DNA of 64,000 nucleotides from Monocercomonoides exilis PA203. Taxonomy: Eukaryota > Protista > Preaxostyla. Shown here in pieces: positions 22,476-34,751 of the stretch. Position 1 is the first letter of the stretch. Every line of letters begins with the position of its first letter. Where the stretch lies: positions 1,240,001 through 1,304,000 of the forward strand of contig LSRY02000008.1 in assembly GCA_001643675.2 (NCBI GenBank). Reading direction: 5' to 3'. The position numbers and the translations under genes are program-made. The notes beneath the pieces are model-generated. The model searched no databases, was not told where the DNA came from, and saw only the letters and a list, made by a program, of their open reading frames with translations.

Positions 22476-24419
22476 ATGAGCAGAGGCGAAGGAAGAGAAG
22501 GAGATGGATATGGGGAAGGCATTGAAGGGAGTATTTCAGTGAGCGAATCACACTTCTCTTCTTTTTGTGTCTCATCAGCCCCATTCTTTTCTTCACCTTC
22601 CATTCCCCTTATATCCTTCTTCAAACTAATATTTTTCAACATCTCAACAGCAAATGAGGCATGCTCACCTTCAACCACAATGTCAACCCAAACATCATGT
22701 TTGATGAATAGTTGCTCCTTTTCGTCTGTTTGTGATGCATATGATGGCGGGATTGTCCCCTCCATCAACAATCCCTTGGCCTCTCTGACAGCCTCAAACA
22801 CTTCATTCATTGGGTGTTGTCGGACAAGAAACGTTGAATGCACTGGAACTGCAGAGGTACCATTGAAACCAGACAGACAAAACACAACGGATAATGGACA
22901 GAATACATTCACTTGGTGCGAATGGAGTGGATCGAGGACAACAGGAGAAAGTGACTCGTGGACTGATGGAGTGTCAAGCGGAGGGGCCATCTGCATGTAC
23001 AATCAGTCATCCGCCACTGTTTCAGTTTCGCATTGTGCATTCAATGAATGTGTCGCGCATTGGTGCGGTGGAGGTATAAATTGCTACAACATTAAATCTG
23101 TTGAGATTGTGAACAACAAATTTAATGCCTGCACCGCACAAGGCCATCGTGGGGGTGGAATACTAATTTATACGATTTCAACGTGTGTTCGAATCAGTGG
23201 ATGCGAATTCCAGAATTGTAAAGCAAATAATGGTGGAGGAGGACTTCTTCTTGAAAATTTTCAGGTTTCAGAAGGATGCATTCAAACAGAAAATGGAGAA
23301 GGGGAGAGTGCGTGTGTGTTTGACTGCCGCTTCACTTCATGTTCGGTTACAAATTATTATGGTGGAGGCATGCTTTGTCAATACGTTCCTGCTGCATTCA
23401 AAATGAGGAGCATTCAGTTTATTTCATGTTCAGCAACTGCATATGGAGGAGGATTGTATTTCAGACCAGAAAAAACAGAAATGCCAGATGATCAAATTTA
23501 TTGTTATTTTTTGTTCTTTCATGAATGCAAGTGCAGAACAACTTCAATTCCATACGGGCATGATGTTGAATACGTTGATTATTACAATGTCTATTTGAAT
23601 TCAGGAAATCCGTTCTTTGAATGTTATACCACAAACACTGATGAACAGAGAATGTGCTATGCATACAACTACTCGAATGCAAACACCTGGTATTTTCAGC
23701 ATACAGAAAAGTGGAATTGGCTGAAGAGAGGGATTCTCAATCGATTTGTGGCAGTGAGTGGAGGTGGTGAAGAAGAGTTATGTGGACTGGATGAGTCAAG
23801 TGCATGCCGAACCATTGGTGTTGCAGTTGAAAAGAGCGTGATCCAGGTGAGCCTGTCAGTCACGCTGATGGAAGGGAATCACACAAGCGAGACAACAACT
23901 ATTAATATTGAGACAAAGAAGATTTCAGTCATTGGGAGAGGCAAAGATAAGAGTTTGATTGGAACAGGGGCACTTTCAGCAGCAGAAGCGCTGTTCAGTG
24001 TTTCGACAGGTCACCTTGGTTTATTGCACATGAAGGTTGATTGCAACTCAAATGCAAATCCTTCTTCGCCGAGCGTGGTTGTGGTGTCTGATGGGGGCGG
24101 GTCACTCTCGTTGGAGGATGTTGTGATCACCACGAGTGTTTCTTCAGGAGAATATGTAATGTCGTCGTCAGTGTTTGTGGTGCCGCTGTCGCAGCTATCG
24201 ATGGTTGGTGTGGAGATAACAGATATGAATGTCTCAAAATCATTGTTCTCTGAGCCGGATCTCTCTTCTCCTTCTTCTTCTTCATTGTCGTCATTGTCAT
24301 TTTCATTGACTTCGTCTTCTTCATCTTCTTCGTCGACTTCATTGTCTTCATCGCCTCCTCCTGCACTGTTTTCGACTCTTCTTCCTTTTCTTCTCAGAAA
24401 GCAGTTTCACCAACGATAG
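22476..24419 (+). CDS. G2: Cys-rich beta-helix family protein, 647 aa, truncated at a poly-Ser tract
   Basis: Same motifs as G1 (2 aa differences). Homology to G7 stops after LFSEPDLSSSS...; the frame then runs into unrelated sequence. Confidence 0.8.
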   Translation: MSRGEGREGDGYGEGIEGSISVSESHFSSFCVSSAPFFSSPSIPLISFFKLIFFNISTANEACSPSTTMSTQTSCLMNSCSFSSVCDAYDGGIVPSINNPLASLTASNTSFIGCCRTRNVECTGTAEVPLKPDRQNTTDNGQNTFTWCEWSGSRTTGESDSWTDGVSSGGAICMYNQSSATVSVSHCAFNECVAHWCGGGINCYNIKSVEIVNNKFNACTAQGHRGGGILIYTISTCVRISGCEFQNCKANNGGGGLLLENFQVSEGCIQTENGEGESACVFDCRFTSCSVTNYYGGGMLCQYVPAAFKMRSIQFISCSATAYGGGLYFRPEKTEMPDDQIYCYFLFFHECKCRTTSIPYGHDVEYVDYYNVYLNSGNPFFECYTTNTDEQRMCYAYNYSNANTWYFQHTEKWNWLKRGILNRFVAVSGGGEEELCGLDESSACRTIGVAVEKSVIQVSLSVTLMEGNHTSETTTINIETKKISVIGRGKDKSLIGTGALSAAEALFSVSTGHLGLLHMKVDCNSNANPSSPSVVVVSDGGGSLSLEDVVITTSVSSGEYVMSSSVFVVPLSQLSMVGVEITDMNVSKSLFSEPDLSSPSSSSLSSLSFSLTSSSSSSSSTSLSSSPPPALFSTLLPFLLRKQFHQR

Positions 24420-25875
24420 TTGGCATTTCTTCGTTTGGTCAAGCACAATAACCCCAAAATAGCAACAATGCTTGGCAAGATGTTCCAGCAGCACTCGCCT
24501 CTCAGAGCCATCAAGTCAATCAAGTTCGTCAAGTCCGTCAAGTCCGTCAAGTCTGTCAAGTCTTTCAATAGCGCCAATGAAATCTATTGCCTGCCATTTT
24601 CTTTGATTCTGCACACATTGCTATTTCCGGCACACAACTGAAAGTCACAAATGGAAGGGCATAAAACACAGCGAATGTGAAGGAACTGAAGCAGACACAG
24701 CGAAGAAGAAACTTGCGATAGGCGTAGCAGCCGAAATGCTCATGCCACACTCGGCATCGCTAGTGCCCCTGCGTGCAGAGGGCAGATCGGCCGAATATAT
24801 CCCGAAGCGCAATTCCTATACACATCCACAATAGGTGCCTGAGAAGGAAAGTGATTCTTTCTTTCTTTTCTTTCTTTCTTTTTAATTCCGTTATTTTCAT
24901 AATTATCCGTTAAAAGGCACTCGCTCACTGGAACTTCTTTCTTGACTTTTAACTCTTTGGTTTACGAGTTGGTATGTTTGTTGCCACACACAAAGCAGAT
25001 CACGCAACCGCGCAACCAGCTGCTGATGATTTCGTAAGGAGAGGATGCAAAGAATGAGATTATTTTTGGCTCTTTGCAATGGCAGACCCAATAAGGGCTC
25101 GCATCTTGCCTCAAATTTAATTTATTGAAGTCTTATTCCCCCAGGAAACAAACAACGCAACAAAGACAGCTAAATGTAATAATAAATAAATAAACATGTA
25201 TTCGATAGAAGCAAACAAAATCGATTGTGAGTCGGAAGAAAACCAACGGACATATACGATATAATTTTCTTCACTTCGCAGTTAATGCGAATACACTTTA
25301 TAATGAAGCGCCAACATTGCGTGCACGAAGCCCAAAAACTGAACAAAAGTCCATGAATCGACAACTTCCATATTTCGAAAAATTCAATGAACACAAGGAT
25401 ATCGAGGCAATAAAGAGACGTGCAAAGAAGACACAGAAGGAAAAATATCGCAAAAAATGCTTAAAGGGAATTAAGAATTACAAGAGGCTCGTGACATCTT
25501 GAAAAATAAATTTTAAAAATTATCGTTCATCTTTTTGCATTTCCATTATTTTTTTTCCCCAATAATTGTTTACATAAAATAAATAAATGAAACTCAAAAC
25601 ATATTAAAAATTTTTGAGAGAAGAAGAAAGAGAAGATAGGAAAGAAAAACGGGAATAAAATTTCAAATAAAAATGTCGTTGAAAATATCAAGAAGAAGGA
25701 AAAAATAAAAAAAACATGAGCTATCAAAATGCAACTGCAAAGCAATCACTTTTCAATGCACAAATAATTCCAATGACCGCTCTCTCTCTCATTTCCTTTT
25801 CTATTTTTCTATTTTCTATTTTTTTTCTTTCTCTTTCTTTCTCTTTCTTTCTCTTTCTTTCTCTCTTTCTCTTTC

Positions 25876-25910
<35 letters not shown>

Positions 25911-26162
25911 TTCATTTTTTGTCTTTGCATTTGCACATATATTCTGCATTTTCTGTTCGGCAGAAAAAATAAAAAATAAAAAATTGAAAAATAATAAATA
26001 ATAAATAATAAATAAAAAATTAAAAAAATAATAATTCACATAATAAAATCCCAACACAAAGCAAACAAAACACCTTCTTCTCCTTTTCTGCCTTCCTCTT
26101 CCTCTACCCATTCATTTTCTTCCCATTCCTCTTCCTCTTCCTCCTCCTCCTCCTCTTCCCAT

Positions 26163-29100
26163 TCACCCTCTGCATTTCAAGCAGACAACAGGCATCTGCA
26201 TGCTCTTCCCGTTCACTCGCACCGTCTTGCGCGAAATCAACACACATGAAGAAGAAGAAGAAGAAAGAGAAGATGGAGATGATGATTGGAGGCTGTTTGA
26301 GAGGTCTTCGTCCAGCGCATAGTGTCTGCACTCCTCCATCGCCCCCATCAGACACGACTCGTGGTACATGTGCCCACACGCAAACCAGTACAGCTTGTCC
26401 GCCACCACCTTCGGAAGGCCTCTACACACACAGGAGGAGGAGGAGGAAGAAGAAGAAGAAAGAGAAGAAGAAGAATTTAATGAAGTATTTGATGAAGAAG
26501 ATGATAATCTCCCTTCATCTTGTACTGAACTCTTCACAAATGGATTCGGCTTCCCACTCTCAAACATTGCCCCATCCTCAAAATGCTCCACAAACACCAC
26601 ATATCCTTCCTCTCCGCCTCTTCCTTCTCTTTCTCCTGCTCCTCCACTCCCTCCTTCCTCCCCTCCTTCGCTCCCATATATCACACTTTCCTTGTATTTC
26701 CTCAGATATCTGCATTGCTCTTTTAATCCTCTTTCTCCTCCCCTTCTCCCTCCTCCTCCCCCTCCTCCTCCTCCTCCAATGCCTGCTCCACTCAATCCAT
26801 ACACTATCTCTCCACAATACGCACAACACCATTCCTTCTCCTCCCCCCATTTCCCTTCTCTTTCTCTCTCCCTCTCATCTCTTCCTCCTTCCCTTCCTCC
26901 CATTTCTCTTCCTCCTTCTCTCCTCACTCCATCCCCTCCAACATGTATCGCCTTCTTCCTCACCCACACCATCCTCTTCATCAGCTCCACGCTGTCCACT
27001 TTCCCTGCTGCTGCCGCCATCCGCAGCACCGAATGCCTCATCCTCCTCTCGTTCAGCATCCCAATCAGCGCTGGCTTCACCCCAACAATCACTTTCCCCG
27101 CAGGCAGAAGCTGCATCAGCACCTGCGGCTTCATCTTTGCCCCAGCACATGCAATGATCTGTGTCATCAACGGCGCATCTGCCTGCATCCGCGTCATCCC
27201 CAGCACACTCTGCGTTTCCAGCCCCAAGCGCACAAGATGGCTTATTCCTTGCCCTTGCCCTTTCCCTTTTCCTCCTCCTTCTCCTCCATCTCTTTCTCCT
27301 ATCCCTCCTCCAATTCCTCCAATTCCTCCAATTCCAACTCCTCCTCCTTCTCCTTCTTCGTCCTCTCCCATCCCTCTCCCTTCCTCCTCGCACAGCTCCA
27401 CTGCCTGCCCAACATCATGCACACTCAGCACCAGCGTGTCCATCGCCCGCATAAACAGCCCCATCTTCGCCTCAACAAGAGCAAAGCCCACTGCAAACTT
27501 CCTCTCCTCACACAAGCGCAGTGCTTTTGTCACACTGTAGTTTGACGCCTGCTGCAGAAAGGGAAGCAAGCCAGACGGTTTGTACTCGGCATAAAGCAAC
27601 GCCATGATGTCGCCGTATGCACGCACACGGGAAGAGTCAGAAAGGAGAACACGGTCGAGGTATTTGATGGCTCTTTCGGGGTGCTGGGGCATCAGGGAGG
27701 CATAGACATCGTTCACTTCAAAGGCAACGGAGGTGGTGAAGAAGGGGATGGAGCGAGAAGAAGAGGAAGAGGAAGAAGAGGAAGAAGAAGATGATAAGGG
27801 GGAAGGAGAAGAAGAAGGTGATGGTGATGATAAAGGAGAAGGAGAAAGAGAAGGAGAAGATATATCGCTATCAGATGACAATTGAGAAGAATTAGAAGAA
27901 TTAGAATGAGAAGAAGAATTCAAGTTATTCCCTCCTCCTCCACCTCCTCCACCACCACCACTTCCAAAGTTGAATGTGGTGGAAGTCGAATCCACCAGCA
28001 GATGCAGCGTCTTCTCTTCCGACATCTCCCACAGCTGATCCATCACCTTCTTCTCCAGCACAACTGCCTTCACTTCTTCCATGTGCTCCATCGCAAATGC
28101 AAAGACGTCTTTGTCTTTCTTCTCCAGCTTCACCAGAAACATCTCTTTGTGCTCGCCCAGCGTCTTGTGGAGGAACAGGCGTGTGTTCTGCACAGATCGC
28201 ATGAAGCCTTCCATCACCAACGACAAACACCCCATCATCTCCACAAACAGCCACGGCTTGGACTCAAACACCTCAAGTGCATCTGCTATGCTTTTGATGG
28301 CTTCATTGTTTTCTCCTTCTTCTCCTTCTCTTTCTCCTTCTTTTTCTTTCTTTCCTTTCTCTCCTTCTTCAATTGTATTATTCAATGGCATTGGTTGTTC
28401 TTCTCTTTCTCTTTCTTCCCTTCCTTCTTTTTCTCCTTCTCTTCTTCTTCTCCTCCTCTTCTCCAACACCCTCCACACCTCCCTCTCCTCCTCCTCCTTC
28501 TCCTTCTCATTCCTCGGCTGATTCACACACAGAGCAACAAGTTCTTTGAAATGGTTCATTGCCAAAATACATTTTTCCAGTTGAATTTGAAGGCGATTTG
28601 CTTCAGAGCCGATTAAGAGGACGATTTCGCGTGCAGCTTGGTATTCTCTGCGCTGGAGCTCTGTCATTGTCCAGAGGAAGCATTCAGTGAAGAAAGAGGA
28701 AGAGGAAGAAGAGGAAGAAGAGGAAGAAGAAAAAGATGAAGATGAATTAAAATCGGATTCTTCTTCTTCTTCTTCTTCATCTTCTTGTTTTCTTCTTCTT
28801 TCTTTTTCTTCACTTTCTTCATCATTATAATCTTCATCTTCATCATCATCATCATCTAAGTTCAAGAAATAATCTTCATTTTCTTCTTCTTCATCTTCTT
28901 TCTCATTCTCTTTCTCATTCTCTTTCTCTTTCTCTTCTTCATCTTTTCCATTTCGTTTTGTTGATGAAGATTCTATTGTATATTGTTGAGAAGAAGATGA
29001 TGATGAATTAGAAGAAGAATAAAGAGAAGAAGAAGAAGAAGAAGTTAATTTTTTCTTCGAATTCTTCTTTTTCCCTTTCGAAGCCTCAAAAAATGCAGAA

Positions 29101-29555
29101 AGAAGAGAAGAAGATGAAAAACCGGACAAAAATTGGTTTTGTTTGCGTTTGAGGGCAAAAGGGGAATATTTCTTGAGAAATGAATGAGGGAGAGAAAAAG
29201 AATAAGGAAGAGAAGAAGAAGAAGAAAAAGAAGAAGAAGAAGAAGAAGAAGAAGAAGAAGAAGAAGAAAAAGAAGAAGAAGAAGAAGAATTTGATGAAAT
29301 ATTAGAAGAATTATTAAAAGATGAAGAAGAAGAAGAAGAAGAAGAAGAAAGAGAAGAGGATGATGATGATGATGAACTTGTCGAAGCTGAAGAAGAAAGA
29401 AAAGTTGAAATCGAGAAAAATATCAATGATGTTAATTTTGATGTAACAGAAAAAAAAAAGTGTGATAAAAATTGTATATAAAATAAGTGATATTTGTTTA
29501 AAATAAATTTATCAATCGAAAATATTTGCCGGTAAAAACATTTCATTCGTTCCAC
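26163..29555 (-). pseudogene. VPS41: Inverted, 5'-truncated duplicate of VPS41 (C-terminal ~1050 aa, no WD40) fused to an unrelated in-frame N-terminus; 1130-aa open frame
   Basis: Identical to the Vps41 C-terminal half from SSSSLPYSFSLPH to CLKCRG; homology ends in a poly-Ser tract at ~29376. Confidence 0.85.
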
Positions 29556-31161
29556 TTCCTATTCTACTCGTGGTGATCACAACATCCTCCAATGAGAGTG
29601 ACCCACCCCCATCAGACACCACAACCACACTCGACGAAGAAGGATTTATATATGAGTTGCAATCAACTTTCATGTGTAATAAACCAAGGTGACCTGTTGA
29701 CACGCTGAATAGCGTTCCTACAGATAAAAGTGCTCCTGTTCTAATCGAACTCTCCGTCCTCCCTTTCCCAATGACTGAAATCTTCTTTTCTCCAATCTCA
29801 ATTGTTGTTGCCTCGCTTGTGTGATTCCCGTCCAGCAGCGTGATTGTCAAGCTAATCTGCACCTCGCACATCTCAAACGCTTTCTTCACTGTTTTACACG
29901 GATTTGACTCATTTGTCCCACAAAGTGGAGATGAATCATTTCCATTCACTGACACATAAATCGTCTTGTCCTTCAGCCAATCCCACTTTTCCGTGTGCTG
30001 ATATGTCCAACTCCCTGAACTCGACAAATTATATCCATAACATACTCTCTGGCCATCTGTGTTTGTTGTGTAACATTCATGGAACGGATTTCCTGAAGTC
30101 GAAATGACATTGTAATAATCATAATATATCACATCATGCCCATATGGATTGGAGGTTGTTCTGCATTTGCATTCATGGAAGAACAAAAAATAACAATAAA
30201 ATTTATCATTTGGCGCTGTTGCTCGATTTGGATACAATTCCAACCCTCCACCATATCCATTTGCTGTACATGAAATAAATTGAATGCTCCTCATTTTGAA
30301 CTGACTTGGAACAGTCACACAACGCATGCCTCCACCTCCATTGCTTGTCAATGAGCATGAAGTGAAGCAGCAGTCAAACACACACGCACTCTCCCCTCCC
30401 TCATTTTCTGTTTCAATGCAATCAGTTCCTGAAACATTAAAATAATCAAGATAAAGTCCTCCTCCAGCATTATTTGCTTTACAATTCTGGAATTCACATC
30501 CACTGATCCGAACACATGATGAAATCGTATAAACGAACACCCCTCCTCCATATCGATTTTGCGCATTACATGAATTGAACGTGTTATTCACAATCTCAAC
30601 CGATTTAATATTATAGCAACTAATACCTCCACCGCACCAATGCGCGACACATTCCTTGAATGCACAATGCGAAACTGAAACAGCGGCCGACGATTGACTG
30701 TGCATGCAGATGGCCCCTCCGCTTGACACTCCATCAGTCCACGAGTCACTTTCTCCTGTTGTCCTCGATCCGTTCCATTCGCACCAAGTGAATGAATTTG
30801 CTCCATTGAATGTTTCATTCTGTCTGTCTGGCTTCAATGGAACTTCTGCAGTTCCAGTGCATTCAACATTCCTTGTTCGATAACATCCAGTGAATGAGGT
30901 GTTTGAAGCTGTCAGAGAGGCCAAGGGATTGTTGATGGAGGGGACAATCCCGCCATCATATGCATCACAAACAGACGAAAAGGAGCAACTATTCATCAAA
31001 CATGATGTTTGGGATGACGTAGTGGTTGAAGGTGAGCATGCCTCATTTGCTGTTGAGATGTTGAAAAAAGTGAGTCTGGAGAGGGATATTAGGGGTATTG
31101 AAGGGGATGAAAGGAATGGGGCTGATGAGACACAAAAAGAAGAAAAGTGTGATTCGCTCAC
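29512..31161 (-). CDS. G3: Cys-rich beta-helix family protein, 549 aa, truncated at both ends (GTG start)
   Basis: Family motifs as in G1; ends shortly after SLSLEDVVITTS. Confidence 0.75.
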   Translation of the reverse strand: MSESHFSSFCVSSAPFLSSPSIPLISLSRLTFFNISTANEACSPSTTTSSQTSCLMNSCSFSSVCDAYDGGIVPSINNPLASLTASNTSFTGCYRTRNVECTGTAEVPLKPDRQNETFNGANSFTWCEWNGSRTTGESDSWTDGVSSGGAICMHSQSSAAVSVSHCAFKECVAHWCGGGISCYNIKSVEIVNNTFNSCNAQNRYGGGVFVYTISSCVRISGCEFQNCKANNAGGGLYLDYFNVSGTDCIETENEGGESACVFDCCFTSCSLTSNGGGGMRCVTVPSQFKMRSIQFISCTANGYGGGLELYPNRATAPNDKFYCYFLFFHECKCRTTSNPYGHDVIYYDYYNVISTSGNPFHECYTTNTDGQRVCYGYNLSSSGSWTYQHTEKWDWLKDKTIYVSVNGNDSSPLCGTNESNPCKTVKKAFEMCEVQISLTITLLDGNHTSEATTIEIGEKKISVIGKGRTESSIRTGALLSVGTLFSVSTGHLGLLHMKVDCNSYINPSSSSVVVVSDGGGSLSLEDVVITTSRIGSGTNEMFLPANIFD

Positions 31162-34100
31162 AGAAACTCTTCATTTTCCTATTTCTTCTTCCGCTTCTGA
31201 AATGCATATTCCCAAGAGAAAAGCATCTTTTCCCCTTTGTTCCGCTAAATGGAAACGGCATTCAAATGTTCTTCGTCATTAACTTTCCTTAAAATCCCCT
31301 TTTCTTCTGGGATCAAATTCTGCCTTCTCTCCTCATTCTATTCACTTCCATCGCTTTTGAAGGCTTATACAAACGTCCCTATTATCAATTGAAAAACATA
31401 TTTAATATTACAAAAATCTTAAAAATATACAAAAATATTAAATTGCAAAAAAATTTCAATAATAAATATGAAAAGCCCCGTACCATTTTCTTTTCACCAT
31501 CTTCCGCTTCTTCTTCTCAATTTTTCTTGAATTTCTTCTTCTGCTGCATCATCAATTCCTTGATCTCATTTTTGACTTTTAACAAGATTCATCGTATATG
31601 CCTTCCAAAACCTTCAAAAAAATATATCTTCTTCTCTTTTCCTTTCATTTATATTTTGCGTCCGCTCACTCCACCAAACGCCCTCCAATTATTATCTCCA
31701 GATTTCTTTTAATGCATCCAACATCCCCTCTTGACATATTCCTTGTTCATTCATTGCCATTGAGCAATCCTGCAAAAATCCTAATTTCATAAATAATAAT
31801 ATGTGAAGAAAAATTAAAATAATTTTAAAAAAAATGCAAACCTATATCTTTCACAATAACCACCTTTTGCTGACTTTTTCTTTCTTCTTCTTCTTCTTTT
31901 TAAAATATTAACAAAAGCTCAATCCTCTGTTCTGTTTCCACCCAAATAACCTCCACAAATTCCATTCCATAAAAAAACAAGCAATGAAGAAGATTCCATC
32001 CAAAGAATCCCTTCCTATCTCTTGCCAAAATCTTCTTCTTCTTCTCTCCATTTCCCCCCAAAACAACAACAATACCATCCCACCAAATATCACAATCCCT
32101 GTCTCCCCAGCTCCCATTCCCCTTCTTCCAACCAATAAAAATAAATATCTCCATTTCTTTGTATGTCTCTGGCGCAAAACATCTTCTCGTGGTCAGCACC
32201 TCATCTCGATCCATCCCTGTCACGAATCCATCTCCACACCTCTAATGCAAAGTGCCAGTGCTGATGTTCCTTCTTCCCGTCTTCCTCTGCCTCCGCCTCC
32301 AACACTTGCCCCGCAAATGAGAGGCGCGACCAAACTGTCCTTTCAATAAAAAATAAAAAAGATAAAAAAATATCTCTCACTTTTTTTCCCCTTCAACCCC
32401 GCTTCTCTTTCTTATCAAACATAAGCCCACAAAAACTTTTCCACCTTGCTCCGCCTCATATGAACTCCTCCTCTCTCTCTGCATTTGAAAATAAAAAAAA
32501 ATCTCCTCCACATATCTCTCCATTTCTCGTCCTCTCCTCCAATAAATATATTCCATTCGCTTCACCCATCTTCTGCCCTTCTTATCTTCCCTCTTATCCC
32601 ACCTCCAACACATCAAATTCCTTTTCTCAAATAATAAACACAATTCCCACACCTTCCAACTCACAAAAATCGAAAAACAATCCCTCCAAACCTCATCCCA
32701 ATCCATCTCCCAAACATCCATTTTGCCTCTGAAATATCACAAAAATACCTCTTTTCCACAAAAAATACCTTTAATCGTTCCATTCCCTCTCTAAACCCTG
32801 CCTCCTCCAAGAACTCAACTCCTTCACCCCACACCACAAATCCATCCTTTTACAACCACATTGTCTTCATATGCCCATTCAGCCACGGCACATCGAGTTG
32901 TGCTCCTTTTCTTTTGTGGCTCTTATTCGTTATGGAAAATGATCAAGAAATGTCAAACGCTCAGAAACTGTCAACGGGGTCAGATTCCGAAGCTAAAACA
33001 AAGGCAGATTGACTAAGTGAAATATTTCCAGTGAAAAGGTTGAGTATTACAAAAGAATATCTGTTTGATGGAAGATGAAATTGTTCATTTTGATTGTTGG
33101 AATACTGGGGAGCAACAATATTTTCGATGGAAATGCAGAATTTTCAATGTATGTATTTTATATTTTTCTGTTGATTGTGAAGATATTTCTATCCGTATCC
33201 TCTCCAAAGTCGTGATTCAGACAACTTATAAAAAATGGACAATCTATTCTTTGCAGAGCAGAACAGCGAGGAAGGGAGCCAAATGATACCTTACAAATAT
33301 ATTAGAGCCTGAATGTATTTTGTCATAAATATTTAAGTGACTTATTATAGACTCAGCATGCGCGATGGATAGAAATTTGATGAAAAATGAATTTTAATGG
33401 AGCAGAAATCAACGGGGTCGAAAGACATCCAAGGCCAAAAGGAAGAACAGCCAAATTCAATGAAAAGGGAACGTTTTTAAAAAGAGGAAGAGGACATTTT
33501 CATTTTTAAGTTTGTTGGGGAGATTGGGGCAAATGACTGAAACAGGAGATTAGAGACAGCTGCAGCAGAACAAGGTGCCTTTCTTGGGATGAGAAGGGCA
33601 AGACATTGCTTTTATGGACTGAGGGGAGCGATGGAACTGGATTAGATTACTTGGGTTGAGAGGCGAAAATACGAGAAAAACGGACAGTTTGGCGTTATAC
33701 AAGCAGCTGAGGAAAATTACAGGCAAAATGGATTTGAGTCATTTTGCCTTTGTCTTCAGCCTTATGTCATCGAAGGGTTATCCATTGAATCAGAGAACGA
33801 GGCCGTGATGCTGAGAATATCTTCTGACAGAAGGTATATAGTATTCAAACTTGACAATAACATCGCATTCACCATCTTCATCATCTTCATCTCTATCATC
33901 GCCATCATCGCTGTCATTATCTTCTTCTTCATTAAAAATTTTATTGAAGCATTTTTATTATTTGTGTATTATTTGAGTGGAATCAGCGCCAAGAATTGGA
34001 AAAAAGCAAATTTTTTGAAGCAGAACAGAATCGATTTCATTGATGTTGAGATTGGCAGCGGAAACAGAAAAGGCGAATTTTGTTGGCAGAAAAGAACAAT

Positions 34101-34464
34101 AATTTGAGAGGCTTTTGAAGAAGAAGAAAGTGTGTGAAGATTGGCAATAAATATATTTCAGAGTTTGTTTTGTATTATTTTTTTTCTCCAATTTTTCACA
34201 TATTTATTTTATATTTTTGAGGGATTAAGATTTATGGAAGGATGTTTTCAGGGAATGAATGAACATGGGGAAAAGAGCACATTGGATGCATTTCAGAAAT
34301 CAGGCAACACAATTTTTTTGAGAATATCGAAGAATGAGCCAGAGGTATTAAATGAAATGAATGGAAGAGGAGGGCTTTGAAGATTTATGTTGAATTTTGA
34401 AAAAGAAGGAGGGGAATCAACAGAAAAGAATAATCGGAAAATTGAAGAAATGGCTGAAGAAGAA
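31134..34464 (+). repeat. 3.3-kb inter-gene cassette, copy A (copy B 43273-46602 direct; copy C 54485-57818 inverted)
   Basis: Identical or near-identical ORFs at offset ~12138 (e.g. 31984/44121, 33805/45943) and mirrored at 56603-56968 and 54842-55144. Each copy separates a head-to-head pair of beta-helix genes. Confidence 0.95.
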
Positions 34465-34751
34465 ATGTGACAGGAAGTCAAGAAGAAGAAGAAGAAGAAG
34501 AAAAGGAAGAAGATTGCAAAAAGAAAATGGTACTGATTTGTTACATTTCATATTGGATGTTTTTATATATTTTTAATATTTTTTCTTTATGTTTTTATGA
34601 TAATAGGGGTTTTTGCATGTGCATTCAAAAGCGATGAAAGAAAATGGATTTTAGGAAAAAAAGCAGAAGATTTCAACAGAAGAAAAAGGAATATGGGGAA
34701 AGCGGACGATGAAGAAGGGGCAGAAGAGATGGGAAAAGGGATACGGCCATA

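Larger units (their letters stand above)
11866..29376. repeat. Giant palindrome P1: arms ~11866-20551 and 20628-~29376 (~8.7 kb each), 76-bp non-identical spacer
   Basis: Mirror-image ORFs with constant coordinate sums (16760+24419=41179; 15022+26163=41185 after a 6-bp microsatellite indel). Arms end at ...ATTTCTTTCCA (20551) and TGGAAAGAAAT... (20628). A few substitutions differ (STP/SAP, VDKS/VEKS). Confidence 0.97.

Noticed and set aside
31389-34481. Short ORFs in the 3.3-kb cassette as real genes because they recur three times
   Set aside because: Recurrence reflects recent DNA duplication. Several are broken by homopolymer indels between copies and none has a recognisable domain; they may be decayed 5' exons of the beta-helix family, but this cannot be supported from the sequence alone.
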